NCBI GenBank assembly: GCA_044224875.1
Contig: JBGAJQ010000033.1
Span: 1 to 55,542, forward strand
Reading direction: 5' to 3'
Length of the DNA: 55,542 nucleotides
Origin: Gemmatimonadaceae bacterium
Lineage (GTDB): Bacteria; Gemmatimonadota; Gemmatimonadetes; Gemmatimonadales; Gemmatimonadaceae
In this document: positions 40,038 through 48,381 of the stretch, one piece after another
Numbering within the stretch: position 1 is the stretch's first letter
How the letters are laid out: each line of letters opens with the position of its first letter
The notes under the pieces: generated by a model
Seen by the model: the letters and a program-made list of their open reading frames with translations, nothing else
The model's database searches: none
Told to the model about the DNA's origin: nothing
Made by a program: the position numbers and the translations under genes

Positions 40038-42089
40038 CTACTCGTCAGGCAGCGCGAACGCCACAAAGGTTCCCCCCGATGGCGCGCCATTCTTTCCGCC
40101 GCCACAGGCGATCACCACGTATTCCTTCCCGTTCACGACGTAGAGGGACGGCGTCGCATTCCCAGACGCTGGTAGATCCGCCTCCCACAAGAGGGCCCCG
40201 GTGCGCTTGTCGTATGCATGGAACTTCTTGTCGTAGGTGCTGGCACCGATGAAGAGCAGTCCGTTCTGTGTCACGACGGGACCGCCGTAGTTGTCGCTGC
40301 CGGTCCGCGTCAGCCCCTTGGCGGCAAGCGCGGGATATGTTCCAAAGGGAATCTTCCAGACGATACGACCGCGATTCAAATCGATCGCGCTCAACGAGCC
40401 CCACGGCGGTGTGATGGCCGGATAGCCATCGGGATCGAGGAAGATGTTGTAGCCGTCGTTGCGGTACTTGAGCCAGAACGGGTTGGAGCCGGCACTCTCC
40501 ACCGCGTCCTTCCCGGTCATCAGGTACTTCACGAGGTCGTTGATCGCCCCGCCTTCCAACTGCTCGCCGAACGCCGGCATGCGTCCGGTACCTTGCCTCA
40601 CGACGGTGGCAATCTGTTCGGCGGTGAGTCGCTTGCCTACGTCGTTCAGCGATGGAACTTGCCCTGGCGTCCCCTTCATGTCGTCGCGGTGACAGCTCGC
40701 GCAGTAGTTGCGATAGAGCGACCGGTCGTCACGTGGCAGCATCTTCAGCAACCACGCCATCTCGTTCGCGTTCACATACAGGAGACCCGTGGACGGGTCG
40801 TACGCCGGCCCACCCCACTCCCCGCCGCCGTCGTAGCCAGGGAACACGACCAGCCCGTCCTCGCTCGGCGGCTTGAACATCCCGGCGTGCTTGTATTTCC
40901 GGAACGTCTCGAGCGCGGCCTTGCGTGCTGCAGGGGTCCGCCGCGTCAGCATGTCCGCCGTGAGGTTCTGTCGTACGAACGGTGGTGGCAGGAGCGGGAC
41001 AGGCTGTGTCGGACTCGCTTGTTCGCCTTCGAGTGTCGACGGCGGCACCTTCCGCTGCACGATCGGGAAGAGTGGTGCTCCCGTCTTGCGGTCGAAGACG
41101 TATACGAAACCCGTCTTGGTGATCTGGGCCAGGGCGTCAACCGGTGTACCGTTGCGCCTGACGGTCACCAATGCTGGAGGCGCGGGCAGGTCCATATCCC
41201 ACACGTCGTGCTTCACCGTCTGGAAGTGCCACACGTACGTTCCCGTTCGCGCGTTCAGGGCCAGCACCGAGTTGGCAAACAGGTTGTCCCCGATCCGATT
41301 GCTTCCATAGAAGTCGAAGGCCGCGGAGCCCGTCGCGGCGTAGACCATGCCGAGCGCAGGATCCACCGTTAGGCCCGCCCAGGCGTTCACGCCGCCGGTG
41401 ATCTTCCACGCGTCGGCCGGCCAGGTGTCGTACCCGAACTCTCCGGGACGCGGGATCGTGTGGAAGGTCCAGCGAATCTCCCCTGTCATCGTGTCGAACG
41501 CCCTGATGTCCCCGGGAGACGAAGGCAAGCTCTCAGCGACGCTGGAGCCCAGGATGTAGAGGTCTTCGAAGATCACACCGGGCGTGCTCGCGCTGACAGA
41601 CAGGCTGGACGCCGGCCGATCGAATCCTTCGCGCAGGTCGACCTGTCCGTCCTTCCCGAATGTCGTGATCGGCTTCCCCGTCTTTCGATCCAGCGCCCAG
41701 AGATGATTGCGGTGCGTGACAAAGACGCGGTCCTTGTAGACGGTGACGCCGCGATGTCGATAGCGCCCCGGGCGCGCGTCGTAGGTATTCGGATCGAAAC
41801 TCCAGATCTCCTTACCCGTTGCCGCGTCCAGCGCAAAGACCCGGAGCTTTGGAGTCGTCGCGTACAACACGCCATCGATGATGATGGGGTTGGACTGCAT
41901 CTCCGATCCCGGAAATTCATCGTGCGTCTCGTAGGTCCACGCCACCTGGAGCCTTCGCACGTTTTTGGGAGAGATCTGCGAGAGTGTTGAATAGCGGATG
42001 TTCTCCGTGGATCCGCCGTAGGTCGGCCAGTCGACGTTCTGCGCGGCGAGTGCGGCGGGGGCGAGAAGGAGCGCGAGGAGAGTCCGCAT
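40038..42089 (-). CDS. PQQ-dependent (glucose/quinate-type) dehydrogenase with an inserted cytochrome c domain
   Basis: DWPTYGG..RYSTLSQI, WHFQTVKHDVWDMD, GGGEWGG, CASCH heme motif with downstream GRMP, PPWG..AIDL, ATPSLY. Confidence 0.93.
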   Translation of the reverse strand: MRTLLALLLAPAALAAQNVDWPTYGGSTENIRYSTLSQISPKNVRRLQVAWTYETHDEFPGSEMQSNPIIIDGVLYATTPKLRVFALDAATGKEIWSFDPNTYDARPGRYRHRGVTVYKDRVFVTHRNHLWALDRKTGKPITTFGKDGQVDLREGFDRPASSLSVSASTPGVIFEDLYILGSSVAESLPSSPGDIRAFDTMTGEIRWTFHTIPRPGEFGYDTWPADAWKITGGVNAWAGLTVDPALGMVYAATGSAAFDFYGSNRIGDNLFANSVLALNARTGTYVWHFQTVKHDVWDMDLPAPPALVTVRRNGTPVDALAQITKTGFVYVFDRKTGAPLFPIVQRKVPPSTLEGEQASPTQPVPLLPPPFVRQNLTADMLTRRTPAARKAALETFRKYKHAGMFKPPSEDGLVVFPGYDGGGEWGGPAYDPSTGLLYVNANEMAWLLKMLPRDDRSLYRNYCASCHRDDMKGTPGQVPSLNDVGKRLTAEQIATVVRQGTGRMPAFGEQLEGGAINDLVKYLMTGKDAVESAGSNPFWLKYRNDGYNIFLDPDGYPAITPPWGSLSAIDLNRGRIVWKIPFGTYPALAAKGLTRTGSDNYGGPVVTQNGLLFIGASTYDKKFHAYDKRTGALLWEADLPASGNATPSLYVVNGKEYVVIACGGGKNGAPSGGTFVAFALPDE

Positions 42090-42122
42090 TGGCGGCGAGA
42101 GGGGGGTACGGGGTGTTGGTGC

Positions 42123-42248
42123 GCGAGCGTGCGAGCGTGCGAGCGTGCGAGCGTGCGAGCGTGCGAGCGTGCGAGCGTGCGAGAGTGCGAGAGTGCGAGA
42201 GTGCGAGAGTGCGAGAGTGCGAGAGTGCGAGAGTGCGAGAGTGCGAGA
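42123..42248. repeat. 8-bp tandem array: (GCGAGCGT)7 (GCGAGAGT)8 GCGAGA
   Basis: Directly visible; 126 bp filling most of the gap between the acetoacetate-CoA ligase stop and the PQQ dehydrogenase start. Confidence 0.98.
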
Positions 42249-42254
42249 AATTGC

Positions 42255-44393
42255 TCAAACGCGCAACGCTGCCAGGTCCTCGAACAGACGAAGTGCATCC
42301 GGGTTCGCCAGCGCATCCACGTTCTTCACCGGACGCCCGTGGATTACGTCACGCACCGCCAACTCGGTGATCTTGCCGCTGATCGTCCGAGGAATGTCGG
42401 CGACCTGCAGGATGACCTTGGGCACGTGGTGGGGGGAGGTATTCTGGCGAATCTGCCGCCGGATGCGCTCACGCAGTGCGTCCGTCAGCGTCTCGCCCCC
42501 GCGCAGCCGCACAAAGAGCACGATTCGAACGTCGGCGTCGGCGCCATGGCCGATCTCCTGTCCGATCACCAGGCTCTCCACTACCTCGCTGAGCTGTTCC
42601 ACCTGACGGTAGATCTCGGCGGTCCCAATCCGTACCCCGCCGGGATTCAGCGTCGCATCGCTGCGACCGGTGATCACCAGCCCACCGTGGGGGGTCAGCT
42701 CGGCCCAGTCGCCGTGCCGCCACACACCGGGGTACTGCTGGAAGTAGGCCGCGCGATACAGGGCGCCATCCGGGTCATTCCAGAAGGCCACCGGCATGCT
42801 GGGAAAGGGTCGGGTACACACGAGTTCCCCTGGCTCACCGTGGACCGGCCTCCCGCGCGCGTCAAAGACGTCAACGGCCATGCCCAGACCTCGGGCCTGG
42901 AGTTCACCACGCCAGACTGGGCCGGCCGGGTTGCCTAACGCGAAGCAGGAGATGATGTCCGTGCCGCCGCTGATGCTGCCGAGGCAGACGTCGCCCTTGA
43001 CGTCGCGGTAGACGTAGTCGAAGGAAGGGGGAGCGAGCGGGCTCCCAGTGGACAGCACGGTCTTGAGCGGGGTGAGGTCGTGCGTCCGGGCAGGCTTCAG
43101 GCCTTCCTTCTCGGCCAAGGCGAGGTACTTGGCACTCGTCCCGAACACCGTCAGCCGTTCCTGCTCCGCCAGCTCCCACAGGATATCGGGGGGCGCATGT
43201 GCCGACGATGAGCTCGCGCGGGTACGCGGGCCCGGTACGAGGGGCGCGCCATCGTACAGCACGATCGTGGCGCCAACGGCGAGGGCGCTCACCAGCCAAT
43301 TCCACATCATCCATCCGCAGGTGGTGAAGTAGAAGATGCGGTCGGTGCGATCGAGGTCGACGTGGAGGCGATGTTCCTTCAGGTGCTGGAGGATGGTGCC
43401 GCCGGCCCCGTGCACCATGCACTTGGGCAGACCGGTGGTGCCTGACGAGTACATGATGTACAGCGGGTGATCGAAGGGAAGTCGACGGAAGGTCGGGCCC
43501 GCGTTCGGCGACGCGTGGCGCGCGATCCACTCCGACCACCAGGACGCGCCCTCGGGAAGCTGCCCCGTCGCGTCGCTGCCACCGCCTGCGCGGGTCACCC
43601 CTTCTCTCGCCGTTCCCTCGCCGGCGCTCGCGAGGCCGCCAAGGTACCGCACGACCACCACGCGCCGAATCGCCGGAATGGCGGCGGCAATCTCCCGGAC
43701 CCGCTCCAGGCAGTCGAGGCGCTTGCCGGCATAGATATATCCGTCAGCTGCAATCAATACCGTCGGCGCAATCTGACCGAATCGGTCGAGGACCCCCTTC
43801 ACACCGAAGTCAGGCGAGCAGGACGACCAGATCGCGCCAAGGCTGGTCGCCGCCAGCATCCCGACGACCGCCTCGGGGATGTTGGGCAGGAACGCCGCGA
43901 CACGATCACCGACCCCGACACCCGCGCCCGCCAAGGCCTGCGCGACCTCGCCCACTCGTCGCCACAATTCGGCGTAGGTCAACGATTGCTGGCGACCTTG
44001 CTCATTCCACGAAACGAGCGCCTCCCGGTCATCCCGGTATCGCAGGAGTTGCTCGGCGAAATTCAGGCGGGCGCCCGTGAACCAGCGCGGACCGAGCGTT
44101 GCGTCTGGCGGTGCCAGTCGATCGAGGCCGACCACCACCTCGTCGTACGTCGCCCCCTGGGCGGTCGCGTCTGCCTCCACCCCAGCGGCGCGCCACCACG
44201 CGCCCCAGAACGCCGCGGGATCGTCCACCGACCAACGCCAGAGCGTCTCGTAGTCCAGTCGGCCGTCAGTTGCAATGAAGGTGCGGCCCGTATCGCGCTC
44301 CACGGTACGCGCGAACGCCACCAGCTGCGAACGAGACGCCCGCTCTGGCGAGGGCTGCCAGAGCGGGCGATCGGGTTCGGCTACGTCCCGCAT
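42255..44393 (-). CDS. Acetoacetate--CoA ligase
   Basis: LWQPS, WFTGARLNFAE, SSCSPDFG, YSSGTTGLPKCMVH, FYFTTCGWMMWNWL, SISGGTD, GRSDATLNPGGVRIGTAEIY. Confidence 0.95.
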   Translation of the reverse strand: MRDVAEPDRPLWQPSPERASRSQLVAFARTVERDTGRTFIATDGRLDYETLWRWSVDDPAAFWGAWWRAAGVEADATAQGATYDEVVVGLDRLAPPDATLGPRWFTGARLNFAEQLLRYRDDREALVSWNEQGRQQSLTYAELWRRVGEVAQALAGAGVGVGDRVAAFLPNIPEAVVGMLAATSLGAIWSSCSPDFGVKGVLDRFGQIAPTVLIAADGYIYAGKRLDCLERVREIAAAIPAIRRVVVVRYLGGLASAGEGTAREGVTRAGGGSDATGQLPEGASWWSEWIARHASPNAGPTFRRLPFDHPLYIMYSSGTTGLPKCMVHGAGGTILQHLKEHRLHVDLDRTDRIFYFTTCGWMMWNWLVSALAVGATIVLYDGAPLVPGPRTRASSSSAHAPPDILWELAEQERLTVFGTSAKYLALAEKEGLKPARTHDLTPLKTVLSTGSPLAPPSFDYVYRDVKGDVCLGSISGGTDIISCFALGNPAGPVWRGELQARGLGMAVDVFDARGRPVHGEPGELVCTRPFPSMPVAFWNDPDGALYRAAYFQQYPGVWRHGDWAELTPHGGLVITGRSDATLNPGGVRIGTAEIYRQVEQLSEVVESLVIGQEIGHGADADVRIVLFVRLRGGETLTDALRERIRRQIRQNTSPHHVPKVILQVADIPRTISGKITELAVRDVIHGRPVKNVDALANPDALRLFEDLAALRV

Positions 44394-44412
44394 CTCGAGT
44401 GCGTATGAAACG

Positions 44413-44877
44413 TCAGAGGCCGGTCAGCTGGATATCGAACACGAGGTTCGCATTGGGAGGGATAGAGCCGCTTCCCTGTGCGCCGTAGGCCAGGGCGGAC
44501 GGAATCACGAGCCGCCGAGTGCCGCCAACTTTCATGCCGGGAATACCGAACTTCCAACCTTCAATGAGGCTTGCAAGCGGAAACGAGGCGGGGGTCGCAT
44601 CGCCGACATTGGTCTCCACCTTCGTGCCATTCGCGAGCCACAGCGTGTAGTACACCTTCACGGTTGACGTCGCCGTCGCTGTTCCCCCGGTGCCGACGAG
44701 CAAGTCCTTGTAATAGACGCCGGACGGCAGTTTCGTCATCGCCGTCAGGTCAATCCCCAGCGACGTTGCCCACACTTGCTGTTCCAAGGGAACCTCCGGC
44801 GGCGGACTGGTTGAGTCGTTGCACGCGGTAATCCCCATCAAGACCGCGGCCATGCATGCAAACACCCGATTCGACAT
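44413..44877 (-). CDS. FKBP-type peptidyl-prolyl cis-trans isomerase, lipoprotein
   Basis: ITAC lipobox; LIEGWKFGIPGMKVGGTRRLVIPSALAYG..IPPNANLVFDIQL; AAGGAG ribosome-binding site. Confidence 0.95.
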   Translation of the reverse strand: MSNRVFACMAAVLMGITACNDSTSPPPEVPLEQQVWATSLGIDLTAMTKLPSGVYYKDLLVGTGGTATATSTVKVYYTLWLANGTKVETNVGDATPASFPLASLIEGWKFGIPGMKVGGTRRLVIPSALAYGAQGSGSIPPNANLVFDIQLTGL

Positions 44878-44887
44878 CCTCTGCTCC

Positions 44888-45961
44888 TTACGCAATCAAG
44901 TCCTTCGTGATATCGGCGACCGTCGGACATCCGGCCAACGCCATCGCCAGGTCAAGTTCACTGTACAGTAACTGCAGCACGTCGTGAACGCCTTGCTCGC
45001 CGCCCACGCTTAAGCCCCACAGCACCGGTCGCCCCAGCAGGGCGGCCCTGGCACCCAGGGCGACCGCCTTCAAGACGTCGGTACCGCGCCGAATACCGCC
45101 ATCGATGTACACTTCCCCTCGCCCCTCCACCGCGTCCACCACGGCCGGCAGCACCCTTGCGGTGACGGCCGACGTGTCCAGCTGACGTCCGCCATGATTG
45201 GACACCACAATCGCCGCGGCCCCTGAGTCGATCGCACGCATCGCATCGTCTTCGCGAACGATCCCCTTCACGATCACGGGGAGTCCACACACATCCTTGA
45301 TCCACTGGATGTCCCGGTGCGTGACGCCGGGGTCGTGTAGCCCGCGAAAGTGCAGTTCGAGTCCGGAGTCCTGGGCGGTGGCACTCGGCACATGACCCGC
45401 GCCGGCATGGATGGCGTTGGCGATCTGCATGCCCGCTGGGAGGGAAAACCCGCTGCGTATATCCCGCTCGCGACGTCCGATCATCGGCGCGTCGACCGTC
45501 AGCACCACCGCCTGATAACCGACCTCCCTCACCCGCTCCAACAACGCCCGCGTCACGCCGCGATCTCGATACACGTACAGCTGAAACCACTGTGGTGCTT
45601 CTGTCGCGGCGCGGACGTCCTCCAGGCTCGTGGTGGCGGTGGTGCTGACCATCATGATGGTGCCGATGGCCGCCGCAGCACGCGCCGTCGCCTTCTCACC
45701 GTCGGCATGCGCGAGCTTCTGCATGGCCGTGGGCGCAATCATCACGGGCATCGAGATCGGCGTGCCTAACACCGTGGTCTGCAACGAGCGGGTCGAAACA
45801 TCCACCATGGTGCGGTAGCGGATCTCGATGTCGTCCCACGCACGCCGATTGTTACGAAGCGTCACCTCATCGTTGGCGCCACCTGTGAGATACCCCCAGG
45901 CGGACGCCGACATGCACCCTTCGGCCGCCGCTTCGTAATCAAAGAGGTTGAGCAATTGCAC
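44888..45961 (-). CDS. FMN-dependent alpha-hydroxy acid oxidase/dehydrogenase
   Basis: GGANDEVT, IAPTA, WFQLY, LTVDAP..GRRE, VKGI, SNHGGRQLD, DGGIRRGTDVLKA. Confidence 0.95.
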   Translation of the reverse strand: MQLLNLFDYEAAAEGCMSASAWGYLTGGANDEVTLRNNRRAWDDIEIRYRTMVDVSTRSLQTTVLGTPISMPVMIAPTAMQKLAHADGEKATARAAAAIGTIMMVSTTATTSLEDVRAATEAPQWFQLYVYRDRGVTRALLERVREVGYQAVVLTVDAPMIGRRERDIRSGFSLPAGMQIANAIHAGAGHVPSATAQDSGLELHFRGLHDPGVTHRDIQWIKDVCGLPVIVKGIVREDDAMRAIDSGAAAIVVSNHGGRQLDTSAVTARVLPAVVDAVEGRGEVYIDGGIRRGTDVLKAVALGARAALLGRPVLWGLSVGGEQGVHDVLQLLYSELDLAMALAGCPTVADITKDLIA

Positions 45962-45995
45962 GACGCGCGCTCGAAAAGGGGAGCTGACGGATTGC

Positions 45996-47594
45996 CTAAC
46001 GTGTATATCCGCTGGTATCCCGGAGCGGCGCGGTGCACGCCGGCCACGTCGTGGGTTGCGGGAATCCCCCGGGCGCCGCGGCGCGCGGCCCCTGTTCGAA
46101 CACGCGGCGATCACGTGGCACCGTCTGCGGGTCCTCGGACGCCAGATAAGCCAGGATCGCCGTGAGTGTGGCGTTGTTCTTCAGTTCGTCAAATACCACC
46201 TTGTCGAACGTGTCGCGATTGGTGTGCCAGGTGTAGCTGCCGTAGTTCCACGGCGTAGCGCCCAGACCAAAGCCTGGCGCACCGTAACAGGCGAACGAGG
46301 CATTGTCCGATCCACCGCCCGGCGGCGCCCCAGGGAAGGCCATCTGCACGTGGCGCGCGATGTCCGTCGGGACGTTGGCCATCCAACGCGCCAGGAAGCC
46401 AGAGGCGCCGATCAACCCGGACGCACTCAGGTTCACCACACGCCCCGTCCCGTTGTCCTGGTTGAACAGGGCTTGCAGGCCGCTGACGACTTCCGGGTGA
46501 TCCTGCGCCCACGCCCGAGACCCGTTGAGTCCTTGCTCCTCGCCCGACCAGTGCCCCACCACGATCGTCCGCTTGGGATTGGGATACACCTTCTTCAGGA
46601 TGCGCATGGCCTCCATCATCGTGAGCGTGCCGGTGCCGTTGTCGGTGGCGCCTGAGCCCGCATCCCACGAATCGAAGTGCGCGGACAGCACGATATACTC
46701 GTTAGGCTTCTCGTTCCCCTTCAACTCGGCGATCGTATTGAAGACCGGCACGTCGCCCAAGGCCTCGGACTCGGCCCGCACGCGAAGCGTCGGACCCTGG
46801 CGATTGTCGGCGAGTCGGAAGACCAGCCCATAGTCCTCGCACGACAGCTCGATCGCCGGCACCACCTGCCGCAGGTCGCCAAACACCCGGCGCGTTCCCC
46901 ACGCCTGGTTGTCCCAACGCGACGTGATGATCCCCGCGGCGCCAGCCTCACCCAACCGCTTGCCTAACGGGCCGGCCGCCAACCCGGTGCTGTACCCCGT
47001 CGACGCAATCCGCCTGGCCCACGCCGACCGGGCCGCACTCCGCTGCTCCTTCATCCGGTCCACGGTCTCCTTCGTCGCCCACTGCTGCCAATCGTCGTCC
47101 GGACGGCACGTCGGCTCGGGAAAGGAAATCAGCACAAACTTGCCCTTCACCTGCGGCAGCCAGGCCACCAAGGCCGCGCTGTCGGCGACTTCGGGAAGCA
47201 CCACGGCCGAACCCGACACGTCCTTCCCGCCAGTGCCCGGACTCCAGGCCAACATTCCACCTTCCAGCGACCTCGTGCGCGGCGTCAGCAAGTCGACATG
47301 CGTGATCCCGCGCCGCCATCCCCGCCACGTCCCGTACTTCTCGTTGCGGGCGGGTACGCCCCACGATGTGTACATCTGGACCAGCCAGTCATTCCCGCTC
47401 TTGATCTGCGGCGTCCCCGTTAGGCGCGGACCGATCGAATCGAAGAGTGTCTGGGCCAGCGGATAGGTCTGGGACGAGTCCATCCCTTCCGCATAGAGGC
47501 GACGGATCGTCTGGTCGGAGCTCGTCCATGTCTGCGCCGCGAGCGGCGTGACGGCGAGCAGGAACACGAGGCCAAGGGAAAGTCTGCGTGGCAT
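45996..47594 (-). CDS. Secreted M28 metallopeptidase (carboxypeptidase Q-like)
   Basis: GPRLTG, SAHFDSWD, GATDNG, GEEQGL, GSDN, WHT..DTFD. Confidence 0.93.
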   Translation of the reverse strand: MPRRLSLGLVFLLAVTPLAAQTWTSSDQTIRRLYAEGMDSSQTYPLAQTLFDSIGPRLTGTPQIKSGNDWLVQMYTSWGVPARNEKYGTWRGWRRGITHVDLLTPRTRSLEGGMLAWSPGTGGKDVSGSAVVLPEVADSAALVAWLPQVKGKFVLISFPEPTCRPDDDWQQWATKETVDRMKEQRSAARSAWARRIASTGYSTGLAAGPLGKRLGEAGAAGIITSRWDNQAWGTRRVFGDLRQVVPAIELSCEDYGLVFRLADNRQGPTLRVRAESEALGDVPVFNTIAELKGNEKPNEYIVLSAHFDSWDAGSGATDNGTGTLTMMEAMRILKKVYPNPKRTIVVGHWSGEEQGLNGSRAWAQDHPEVVSGLQALFNQDNGTGRVVNLSASGLIGASGFLARWMANVPTDIARHVQMAFPGAPPGGGSDNASFACYGAPGFGLGATPWNYGSYTWHTNRDTFDKVVFDELKNNATLTAILAYLASEDPQTVPRDRRVFEQGPRAAAPGGFPQPTTWPACTAPLRDTSGYTR

Positions 47595-47787
47595 GTGGCG
47601 CGCGGGGTTCGTGAGACGAAGTCGGTGAATGCCGACCCAGCGAAGGGGGAATTGCACGCGGGGGCGCCGCAGAATGTAAGACCCATCATGCGCGACGGCG
47701 ACGGTTGCCGGCTTCGCGACCTGCGACTAACGCTCGCGCCCCCGATTTCCGCTCAGGCCCTCGATTTCCGCCCGCAGGCATCCCTTG

Positions 47788-47820
47788 GTGCTTTACAATG
47801 CAAAGTACTTGTTGTATTGT
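47788..47820 (+). promoter_or_regulatory. Sigma70-like promoter TTTACA-N17-TATTGT overlapped by the palindrome GTGCTTTACAATGCAAAGTAC
   Basis: AT-rich island in GC-rich DNA; -35 at 47792-47797, -10 at 47815-47820; 21-bp near-perfect inverted repeat at 47788-47808. Confidence 0.6.
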
Positions 47821-47894
47821 ATCACCGTCGACGCGTCGTCGTGATTGAGACCGGCCGCTCTCGCCTTGCCGACGCTACGCTCCACCCAGGCTCC

Positions 47895-48314
47895 ATGTCC
47901 GCGCTCACTCGATTCTTCTTTCGTCAGGACGTCGTCACGGCGCCAACCACCACGCAGACCATCGCATGGTGGGAATCGCGACGGCCGGCGTACAATCTCG
48001 CGGTCGGTGCCACTGGGCTGCTGTCACTGGCGCTCACGAACCTTTTTTGTTGGCTGCCGCCGCATTCTTCGCCCCTTCCCTGGCAAGCCGACGTGATCGT
48101 GCCGGTGATTTACGGCGTGTTGGCCAACGTCTTCTACACGTTCGGCTCGGCCGCGGAGTTGGGCGTGCGAAAGTGGTTGGGGGATGACATGTCGCCCGTG
48201 GGTCCGGCGATCTTCCGCTACGGGTTCGCGTTCTCCCTCGGGCTCACGATGATGCCGACAGTCATCGCGTTTGGATCCTGGTTGATCCGGATCATCGTGA
48301 GCGTGACCCGCTGA
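47895..48314 (+). CDS. Small hypothetical membrane protein (about 3 TM)
   Basis: WWESRRPAYNLAVG..G, YGVLANVFYTFG..AEL, G.AFSLGLT; hydrophobic segments. Confidence 0.8.
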   Translation: MSALTRFFFRQDVVTAPTTTQTIAWWESRRPAYNLAVGATGLLSLALTNLFCWLPPHSSPLPWQADVIVPVIYGVLANVFYTFGSAAELGVRKWLGDDMSPVGPAIFRYGFAFSLGLTMMPTVIAFGSWLIRIIVSVTR

Positions 48315-48328
48315 GGACGGAAACGCGA

Positions 48329-48357
48329 CGTGCCGTGCGCGCGCCGCGCACGGCACG
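48329..48357. terminator. 13-bp perfect GC hairpin between convergent genes
   Basis: CGTGCCGTGCGCG-CGC-CGCGCACGGCACG. Confidence 0.65.
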
Positions 48358-48381
48358 AACGCCTAACGGTTCAGCCTCTCG

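Noticed and set aside
42123..42248. Possible CRISPR array (also the repeats at 12751 and 25875)
   Set aside because: No unique spacers between identical repeats and no cas genes.
41573..42938. ORFs with SHSRTLAL or ARVRECES peptide repeats
   Set aside because: Translations of the 8-bp DNA repeat overlapping real genes.
35273..45961. hppD-like gene plus hydroxy-acid oxidase as a hydroxymandelate synthase/oxidase pair
   Set aside because: The dioxygenase is directly upstream of hmgA, the oxidase is 8 kb away, and no NRPS or aminotransferase is present.
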